A stretch of DNA of 42,509 nt from Octopus bimaculoides (lineage: Eukaryota): assembly GCF_001194135.2 (NCBI RefSeq), contig NC_068996.1:41324108-41366616 (forward strand), read 5' to 3'. The position numbers were made by a program, and so were the translations under genes. This document shows positions 33,045 through 42,509 of this stretch, in pieces (the first letter of the stretch is position 1; every line of letters begins with the position of its first letter). The notes beneath the pieces are model-generated. The model had not been told where the DNA came from. It saw only the letters and a list, made by a program, of their open reading frames with translations, and made no database searches.

Positions 33045-36000
33045 CAAATCCAGGCATTCGCCGAGCTAGCAGGAGAAAAGGCGAATGTCTGGCGTCTTCG
33101 AATAACCAGTGCTCCGAATAGGCTGAGCTCGTTATACTTGAATGGCAGTCAGCCTAATGGGAGGACTACTCTGATTTCAAGACAACGGGAACAAGTCCTC
33201 TTCCACCTCGGTGGGCAACCTTGCTAGAGATGTTGTCTCGATAAAAATATTGGTTGGTGTTGACCTAAAAACACACCTTACTTATTTATGAGTGAAATTG
33301 TCAAGCAAAAGAGCTAACGACAACGGTGTGAACGGGACTCAAAACAATCGTGAGGGTGGCGCACCCGGAAGGTGCCCCATTGTGCAGCAGGGTGGGCCCG
33401 GTCGTAATCCAGTCATTGCTAGCCATGCTGCAAGGCAAAAGTGTAGTATACAAGTAAACATGATGGTTATGGAGTGTTATCACCGAGGCATACAGTGTGC
33501 CAGTCAGAGGTTACAGACAACGAATTCACAGAATGAAAAGCATTAGACTGTTTGAAATTACTGAACAGAGATTATGTGATCAATCATGAGCAATACGAAA
33601 GAATGGATGGTTATCAGAACTGGAGTTAGAGACCATGAACAGAAGGATGTCAAGTGATGATGGGCATACGGAAAACGAAAGTAGCATAATGAAAGAAACT
33701 GACAGTTACCTGCAAGAATATACTGCCGCGAGACGTGAAGGAATCGAGATCAATGAGTAATTAAACGACGAAGATTAGATGATAATAAACAAAGTTTTGG
33801 ATCTACTAAATGCAGAAGAGACAGAATTTAGATGCGGCTTCAAGAACGCTTACCAGTGGAGACTAAATCAAGAGACACGTAAAGTCTATAATGCATTGGA
33901 ATACGTTGAAACGAAGAACATCACACATACAAATAAACTCATCAAGGCTGCAATTAGAAATGTGGCAGAAAGAATGAACTGAAGACCAATGGGAACGGAA
34001 TATTGACACGAGAAAAATTAAATAAACAACGTTGGTGGAAAAGAAGAATGTAAAAAGGTATAAACCCCCTGAACGATATAGTGCCAATACTTGAAAGAAA
34101 AAGAAGAGGAAAATTTAATAATTGGAATTTTAAAAAGTTGAAAAAGTGCTGGTGCAAAAGGAGTGAATGTTGTAATTGAAGAACTGAGGTAGTGCATGCT
34201 TGCGAAGAAAGCAACATTAACTAGGTTTGAACAATGGATTAAACAATACTAGCAAAACCGATTGTTTATAATCGACCAGAACAGATTTTATCAACAAACT
34301 AATGATGATATAGAGTGCCAACGATTAATCCCCGATGCTGATGAAAGTTGAAAGTTTTGGGGTAAGATATGGAGTAAGCAAGAACAACACAATTCTGCTA
34401 CTGAATGACTCTGTAGGCTGAAGGAAACAGCTTATCTCTACTTCACCGAAGACTGAGATGTCCACTTCACCGAAGACTGAATCAGAAATATGAGCAAAAA
34501 AAAAAATAAACAACTGGAAAACAGCAGGACCTGATGGGATTTTGGATAAAAAAAAAGTTCAGTAGGTGCCACAAATTGATGGCAGATCAATTTAATGCAT
34601 TGATCGACGAAAAAGGGAAAATCCCAGGTTGGTTGGCCAAAAGACGAACGGTGATGTGTTTAATGGATGTATCGAAAGGAAATGCTGCCGACAATTACAA
34701 GCTAATTTCTTGAGTTCTATTAATGTGGAAGTTACTGACAGTAGAGACTGTAGAAGAAATTTACAAATTCCTTGATGATAACGATGTCGTACCGATGGAA
34801 CAAAAGGGTTGTAGGAGGAGATGCAGTGGTACCAAAGACCAATTATTGATAGACAAAATGGTAATGCAAGATTGAAAGCGAAGGAGGACAGATTTCGCTA
34901 TGGCTGGGATTGACTACCACAAAGCTTACGATGATTCCACATTCGTGGATCATCGAGTGCTTAGAATGTTTGAAATTGCAAGGAATGTAACATGTTTTCT
35001 GAAGAGAAGTATGGCAGAGCAGACAATTAAGTTGACACTGACCGGACAAAGCTTAGAGATCTTAGGCATCAGGAGAAGAATTTTCCAAGGAGATAGCTTA
35101 TCTCTATTGCTTTTTGCTCTTTGTATGATTCCTCTGGCTTTGCGCTGGGGAAAATGAGCGAGGGATATCAGCTAAAGTGGAAATCTCAAACAGCCAACCA
35201 TCTCTTCATGGATGATCTGAAGCTTTGTGGCAAAGATGAGGTACAAGTGAGTTCTTTGGTGAACATGGTCCACTGCTTTAGTGTTGATATTAAGATGGAA
35301 TTCGGACTAAGGAAGTGTGGTATAATGAACCCGAAAAAAAAATGTACAGTCCCTAGCAGGGATAAAATTACCTAATAGAAAACTGATTAAACAACTTGAA
35401 ACGAAAGGCTACAAATATCTTAGCACACGAGAGTTCCACGAAATTAAAGAGAAAGAAATTAAAAAAAACAACTTAGGACTGGATATTTCCGAAGGCAAAT
35501 ATTAATACTGCACACAAAATTGACTGGGTGGAATAAAATTCAAGCAGTTAATACATGGGCGATAGCATCACTTCGGTATGGAACTGGAAACTTAAACTGG
35601 CAAAAGAAAGAACTGATAAGTATGGAGACGACGACACGAAAAATATTGACTGTGTACGGAGCATTCTATCTCAAGAGTGACACTGATAGGTTGTCCTTGT
35701 TCACAAGAAAAGGTGAGAGAGGTTTGATTAGTTGTCAGGATTGCGTTGAAGCATGTAAAAAATACTGTGGAACTATTGTTGAAACACGTGAAGTGCCTGA
35801 CGTCATTAAAACTAATGATTGTTCAGAGAAAGAGAAACTTAAAGAGGGAAAGAAAAAAATGATAAACGAAATGGCATGAAAACAGTTAAAAATGCCCGGT
35901 TAGTTTGCAAGGGATACGAACGCCAAAACAGATACAGAAGATCGGTGGCTATGGATGAGGAAGAATGACCTGAAAATAGAGACTGAAACACTTATATGCG

Positions 36001-36085
36001 TGGCACAGAGACAAACGTTAAGGATTAACTATGTGAAGCGCAATATCAGCAGCACTATCAAGAGCGAAAAATGTAGAATGTATAG
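33045..36085 (+). mobile_element. 5'-intact, 3'-deleted decayed R4/Dong-like non-LTR retrotransposon (family F)
   Basis: About 250-nt structured 5' UTR after (AAT)n. N-terminal NMMVMECY; RT motifs [76 protein letters not shown]; post-RT NKIQAVNTWAI..LRYG, RKGERGLI, WMRKNDLKIETETLI..Q.Q.L..NYVK. Breaks at SEKCRM, the start of the zinc knuckle. Confidence 0.92.
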
Positions 36086-38300
36086 TGACCGCCTGACCAT
36101 TGGAAAGCGTCCCTTCCACAAGAATTTAAACAAGAGAAGCTCCAACCTGGTCAAGCAGTAACCTGGACAAGACACGACGGACAGGCGGTAAATGATAATG
36201 GAGGTGATGTAGGCATTTGCCACCTTTGCCCGACCTTTCAGGGACAGCTTCCTCTCAGTCCATTTCTAGGTAAGACTGGCCGATTTTTTCGCCACCTCAC
36301 TCCAGTTCTTATCCACCTGGAGTTCGGGACCAAACCAGACCTCGAGCAATTTAACTGGTCCGTCGTTCCAGTGTCTTACGACGTCGTCTGATGGCATTGA
36401 CTTGCCTCTACAGGAGCCCAACCGCAGACCTATCGATTTTTTGGCGTTGGTTTTTAGCCCTTGCAACCGACTCATATTCTCTTAAGATGGTGCCGAACGT
36501 GTCCACTTCGGAGGCATCTGACAACATGACAGTAACGACGTCCGTTATAAAAGAGGCGACAGCGGGCAGCTCTGACGGACCGAGCGTGCGATGCCAAACG
36601 ATTCCGTTAGGTGACCGTTTACTTTGACCACTGAACATGTATCACTATGCATTGCAGCGATCCAGTCATTGAAAACGGGTCCGAAACCGCCTGTTTTCAG
36701 GACATCGATGGTCGACCTGATAGTCAAAGACCTGATAGTGGTTTTGCTTCCACGTCGCGTCTCCATTGGTCTGGCCCATCANNNNNNNNNNCTACCATCA
36801 TCGACTCATCACCCTCCCCAAACAGCTGTGTGAAGTGCTGCTGAAAAGCCGTGCACATCTGCTCTGAGCCGAGTAGCACGCGCTCGTCTCGTTCCGTCAA
36901 AGACCGGATAGTGGTTTTGCTTCCACGTCGCGTCTCCATTGTTCTGGCCCATCAGGCGGCTTTAGTTCCTTTCTGTTTGAGTGCACGTACCTTAGCTCTG
37001 AAATCGTAACCATCGTGTTTCGCTTTGAAGAAATAGTCAAGAGCCATTCTCGCCGCTAACACGTCGGGCGCGATGCCTTTTCTAGTCGCCTCTTCTAATT
37101 TGCTAACTAGTTCGCCATCTAATCTATTCCGCGCCATTGCTAATTCTTTGCTAAACGGTATCTATTTTGCTCTAGTCACCCTCTTCAGAGTAGCCCACCA
37201 CCGGTTGTTCACGATTGCCCCAGTCAACTGCCGCTTAACTAGTTCACTAATTCGGTCCCTCTAGTCATTGCCTGTCAGCAAGGACTCCTGTAACTTCCAT
37301 TAATCGAATCCCTGTCTACGGGTCGTATCTAGATCGATTGTGCAGATCACAAATTTGTGGTCTGTGTAGCTGACTAATTTAAATTCTGGACAACCTATAC
37401 TATCCCTATCCAATTACCTAACAAATACTGTAGCTAGATACGATCTGGATGACCCAATGTGGTTACTCTATGTTCACACTGGCACATCAAGGGAATCCAA
37501 TCTATATCTCTCAGACAATTGGAAGTTTCTGAGTAGGTCTTCGAGGTTTATGCATTAACTTCTTCTGTGTACTAGCCCTACACAGTCCTTCCGTGCGTCC
37601 AAGATCTCAATCCAGGCCCCTACTAGCACTAAATTGCGAGACCTTCCCAGAAATGTTTCTAGACACCTGAAGAAATCTGGCCTTTAAGTCTAAGGGCGCC
37701 ACCTTCGTTACCATTCACATCTAGAACCACCAATTTGCCGCCCATGACTATACTTCGAGATTTAAAGATTTTCAGAATAACACTGCTACTCCGCCCCCTG
37801 CTCCCACCAAACCACATAAAGAGAATATTCCATAGTCCTCAAAAACGGGCGCTAGTTATTGTGCACTAGAAATCTTTGTCTCGTTAATTGCAGCCACATC
37901 TAAATTGAGCGACCTGAAGTCGTTTAGCAAGTAATCTTGCTTCCAAGCTGACTCCAGGCTACGAACATCCATACACCACATTCTGAAAACGACCATGATT
38001 ATCGGAGAAACAAAATAGAAGAAGGTCACCTACCTTGGATTTTGAAAGGATCGGCTGATTCAGCTGCCTCGTCTGAAGCATTATCATTAATAAAGGGCTT
38101 TCCCAAAGTCCTTTTGCCCAGCTTTAGGACCCAAGTCTTTTGAACATTTTTTCTAGGTTCTAGGTATGTGCTATAAAACTAGATTTTAAACATCGAATGG
38201 GTATGGGGTCCACTAGAATAAGACAGTAATCAAATGGGTCCATAGATAAAAAAAAAAAGAAAAAGTTTGAGAACTGCTTCAAGTCAAAAAGTACGCCATT
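36086..38300 (-). mobile_element. Decayed L1/Tx1-like LINE (ORF1 end, APE, partly deleted RT, 3'-truncated)
   Basis: ORF2 ATG at about 37996: MVVFRMWCMDVRSL...LLNDFRSLNLDVAAINETK, RSYLATVFVR, YTDHKFV. RT motifs SVRQSCPLSPLL, SDASEVD..LREYESV and GPVKLLEVWFGP; post-RT YRLSVV.CP..LTRLELLLFKFLWKGRFPMVRRS. Confidence 0.88.
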
Positions 38301-38443
38301 CAGTTTGTCGATGAACAGAATAGCCATTATTGAAATCAACGGAGTTCTATTTCTTCTAAGAAGCAAGCAGTAAAAACACACTGTATGTGGTTTGAAAAAG
38401 AACTGCTATCGCAATCCCATCCTACTAACAAATACAAAATAAT

Positions 38444-38879
38444 CTTTTCTACTCTAGGCACAAGGCTCGAAATTTTGGGGGAGGGGGCCAGTCGATAGGA
38501 TCGACCCCAGTACGTAAATGGTACTTAATTTATTGACCCCGAAAAGATGAAAGGCAAAGTGGATCTCGACGGAATTTGAACTTAGAACATAAAGACAGAC
38601 GAAACAACGATAAGCATTTCGGCCGGCATGCTAACGTTTCTTATTTCTGTATTGCCCACAAGGGGCTATGCTAAACATAGAGAGGACAAACAAGGACAGA
38701 CAAGGGGATTAAGTCAATTACATCGACCCCAGTGCATAACTGGTACTTAATTTATCGATCCCGAAAGGATGAAAGGCAAAGTCGACATCGGCAAAATTTG
38801 AACTCAGAACGTAAAGACAGACGAAATACCGCTAAACATTTCGTCCGGCATGCTAATGTTTCTGCCAGCTCGCCGCCTT
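38444..38879 (-). mobile_element. Head-to-tail SINE group A dimer (tail type 2 plus tail type 1) within one target-site duplication
   Basis: Full copy at 38641-38878 and a head-less copy at 38444-38640. Flanks ctaacaaatacaaaataat (38425-38443) and ctaacaaatataaaataat (38880-38898). Confidence 0.9.
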
Positions 38880-39199
38880 CTAACAAATATAAAATAATGA
38901 ATGACATCTAAAGATCAGTCACACACATTGACACACAGCAGCCACTCTGACACGCATACACTAACAGATACGTATACACACATACATTCATACACATGTA
39001 TGTGTACTGACACATCACGTGCGTGAACACACACAAAATCATACATTATACATATATACATATGTATGTGTGTGTATCTGTGTTTCTGTGAGTGTGTGTG
39101 TATATGTATGTGTGTCTGCGTTTGTCTGTCTGTTTGTGCATATGTATATATGTGCATTTATACATCGTAAAAAGAATAATCTATATTTTACATATATAT

Positions 39200-39245
<46 letters not shown>

Positions 39246-40248
39246 NNNNNNNNNNNNNNNNNNNNNNNNNNNNNNNNNNNNNNNNNNNNNNNNNNNNNNN
39301 NNNNNNNNNNNNNNNNNNNNNNNNNNNNNNNNNNNNNNNNNNNNNNNNNNNNNNNNNNNNNNNNNNNNNNNNNNNNNNNNNNNNNNNNNNNNNNNNNNNN
39401 NNNNNNNNNNNNNNNNNNNNNNNNNNNNNNNNNNNNNNNNNNNNNNNNNNNNNNNNNNNNNNNNNNNNNNNNNNNNNNNNNNNNNNNNNNNNNNNNNNNN
39501 TATACATGCACACAGGAACACACATACATGAATGGATTTGCATCTCACGATTGAAATAAGAAATGTTATGGCTATGTTTGGTGCCGACAAATTGGCTTTT
39601 AATAGTGTATACTGTATTTTTTTTTCTTGTTGAACTTTCATGTTTGGTAACGAACATATGTGGCTAATGCGGTTAATTCTGTATGTTATTAATTCAAATA
39701 CGTTTTATTCTCATACATTATTGTTTATGCTTCCCATAACAGAGAAAGACCCCACATTCTGACAAAGATGCAATGAACTCTCGTTTCAAGTTTGAAATGA
39801 AGTAGTAACGTCATGTTTGTCACATGTTAGATTTGGATTTTTTTATTGTCTTGCTTATCCAATGAAGTTGCAGATTTGACGACGTTTATTAAATGTTATT
39901 ATTACTTGAGAATTCTTTTTCAATAAAATACGAATTTATTTTAGTGTTCTCTTTCTACCAGTTTGCCTACTCCATAGATATCTAATGTATAATTTTAGAC
40001 AGATAAGAATGGACTGCGTGAAGAATTTTACGTATAGATAATAAACATATACATGTGGAGGTTTGTGCGTATATCCGTTTCTTTGCGTATATATGCATGC
40101 ACACACACTCATCTACATATATATGTATATATACATATACATACATAAATAGATACGTAAACACAAACACACACATACGCACACACACACACTTAGTAAA
40201 CATAGCAGTGTTAATGTGTGCGTTTGTGTGTCTGTGTTTGTGCGGCTC

Positions 40249-40334
40249 TTGGTCAAGTGCCTTCTTCTTTAGCCCTGGGCCGACCAAATTACTTTGTGTG
40301 GATTTGTTAGACGGAAACTTAAAACAATCCGTCT

Positions 40335-40335
<1 letters not shown>
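40249..40335 (+). mobile_element. SINE group B fragment
   Basis: ttggtcaagtgccttctt..agccctgggccgaccaaa..gtggatttgttagacggaaact. Confidence 0.7.
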
Positions 40336-40367
<32 letters not shown>

Positions 40368-40521
40368 NNNNNNNNNNNNNNNNNNNNNNNNNNNNNNNNN
40401 NNNNNNNNNNNNNNNNNNNNNNNNNNNNNNNNNNNNNNNNNNNNNNNNNNNNNNNNNNNNNNNNNNNNNNNNNNNNNNNNNNNNNNNNNNNNNNNNNNNN
40501 NNNNNNNNNNNNNNNNNNNNA

Positions 40522-41987
40522 TATATAAGCTTTATAAGGAATGACGTGGACATGCTAAACCACCTCCCAAAAACGGTCAATGAAACAACACTACTAATAT
40601 CCTTCGACGTAGTCAACCTATATTCAAACATCCCACACTCTAGGAATAGAGGCCATCACTTTCTGGTGAGACAATTACACATATGAACTCCCCTCACACA
40701 TTAAAAAAGAACTTATAATTGAAGGACTTAGATTTATCCTAGAAAAAAATTATTTTATATTTAACAATGAATACTTCCGACAAAAATCGGGAACTGCAAT
40801 GGGAACACGGACTTCGCCTTCTTTTGCCAACCTGGTAATGAGCTATCTCGTGATTAAACTATACCAGAGAACACTCGAGAAATATGGAAGCTCCTTTTCC
40901 ACCTTCATACAAAACAACTGGAAAAGATATCTCGATGACTGTTTCATCCTCTGGAATGAAAGTATAGAAAAACTCAACGAATTCCAAACACTTCTAAACG
41001 GAATAAACGAAAACCTCCAATTTACGATGGAATACAACAATCAACAACTACCGTTTTTTAGATATCCTCATAAAGAAAGTCTGGAACAAGATAAAGACAG
41101 ATATCTATTATAAACCCACTGACTCGAAACAGTACCTACCATTTGATTCTTGTCACTCGAGACACACCAGGACTAATATCTCATTTTGTTTAGCCAAAAG
41201 AATATGCACTATAGTATCAGATGCAGACACCCGTTATACACGACTCCAGGAATTGAAATCCACACTCATAAATAGAAACTATCCACAGCCCTTAATCGAA
41301 AATACGATCCAAAGAGTACTTCAATTAAAAACTTAGACAGCCAAGACCCAAGAAGGAAGAAAAATTAAAAAACCCTACCTTACATCTCCACACACAACCC
41401 ACACAACAATGAGGCCTTCAACAACATACTCCACAGCACAGCTCTACTCAAGAAAGACCCAAAAAATGAACCAAATCCTCAAAACGCATACAATCATCAA
41501 AAGTAAGAGGCAACCAAAATCAATGAAAAAGATCTTAACCCAGGCCAAATTACACTCAACAATAACCACTAAACCTACAGTAAAAAATGCGGGAGACCCA
41601 ACTGTAGGATTTGTGTCAACGTAATAGAAGGATCAGAACACCGATTAGAACAAGGCCATAATTTCACAATAAAAACGAATTTTACGTTTGCATCGGAGAA
41701 CTTGATCTACCTAATTACATGCTCTGGACGCAAACGGCAATATATTGAACACTCTAGAAACAGCCTACGTCAGAGGATGGCGGTACACAAATACCAAATT
41801 AGGACCCCGGAAAACAGGAAAATATATCTCAGCCAGCACATCGACGAATGTGCTTACAACAAATTTCGCAAATTCACAACGTTTCCTCTATACAAATTCA
41901 AAGACAATGCTAGCCAAAATGAACGCATTAAGCAAAGAAATACATTTCATAAGAAAATACCGACCAAGTCTAAATTCTCTAAACTAG
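40522..41987 (+). mobile_element. Penelope-like element (Penelope/Poseidon type): RT plus GIY-YIG endonuclease, frameshifted
   Basis: SFIRNDVDML..LISFDVVNLYSNIP, NYFIFNNEYFRQKSGTAMGTRTSPSFANLVM, WKRYLDDCF, LQFTME, YYKPTDSKQYL.FDSCH, RNYP, KCGRPNCRIC, NLIYLITCSGRKRQYIEHS..SLRQRM..H, KEIHFIRKYRPSLN. The 5' part is lost in the gap at 40368-40520. Confidence 0.93.
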
Positions 41988-42123
41988 CAACACTGAGACT
42001 TTCATATATATCTTTATATATTTATATGTGGATTTGCAAGTTATTCATAAGAAATAAACAAAGGGGATCGAAGAACCCGATTTCTATTAAAACCACAGGG
42101 GGAACAAACTTCACCACGACGAC

Positions 42124-42125
42124 TC

Positions 42126-42170
<45 letters not shown>

Positions 42171-42171
42171 T

Positions 42172-42205
<34 letters not shown>
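42124..42205. repeat. (ACT)n microsatellite
   Basis: Directly visible. Confidence 0.95.
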
Positions 42206-42206
<1 letters not shown>

Positions 42207-42509
42207 TTGTTATCATTACTGCTGCTGGTTATTCGACAGTTACAAACACTTCTAGAAAACAAGTCTTGACTACTATTTAATTTACAAAAACATAGTAATC
42301 TACTATCACAGCGAGTTGAAAGTACCATGCCTTCAGAACAGAACGAAAGGACCACGTGCGCATGCAATAAATAACAGTAAACTATGAATGTCATTGTTAA
42401 TTTTAATTTCAATTTTATTTTATTAATAGCCCTCTTCTCTTCTCATATTTTATACTCATTTTTGATAAGGTTTCTTTAAAAAAAAAAACGAAACATGTAA
42501 TGTAAATTA

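Overview
AT-rich eukaryotic (animal) genomic DNA with about 4 kb of N gaps, made almost entirely of retroelement fossils, SINEs and microsatellites. The SINE families and (AAT)n/(TA)n/(TATC)n load suggest a coleoid cephalopod, probably Octopus; this is inference from recalled repeat families, not a database hit. No intact host gene is recognisable. The long ORFs in the track are microsatellite or N-gap artefacts, or LINE fragments. Main content: (1) at least five distinct R4/Dong-clade (restriction-like endonuclease, REL) non-LTR families, each abutting (AAT)n in sense orientation, stacked head-to-tail at 1-600 (+) and 1378-6720 (-), plus a near-full-length copy at 33045-36085 (+); (2) RTE, L1/Tx1-like and Penelope (RT + GIY-YIG) fossils; (3) three tRNA-derived SINE groups, several in inverted pairs; (4) a mariner MITE and Helitron/HINE-like elements. 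The best leads are the multi-family (TAA)n-targeting stack, a degenerate HDV-like ribozyme candidate in an R4-like 5' UTR, fold-back structures that could be dsRNA/ADAR substrates, modular SINEs, and a few unique islands with exon-like or promoter-like signals. All coordinates were read by eye.
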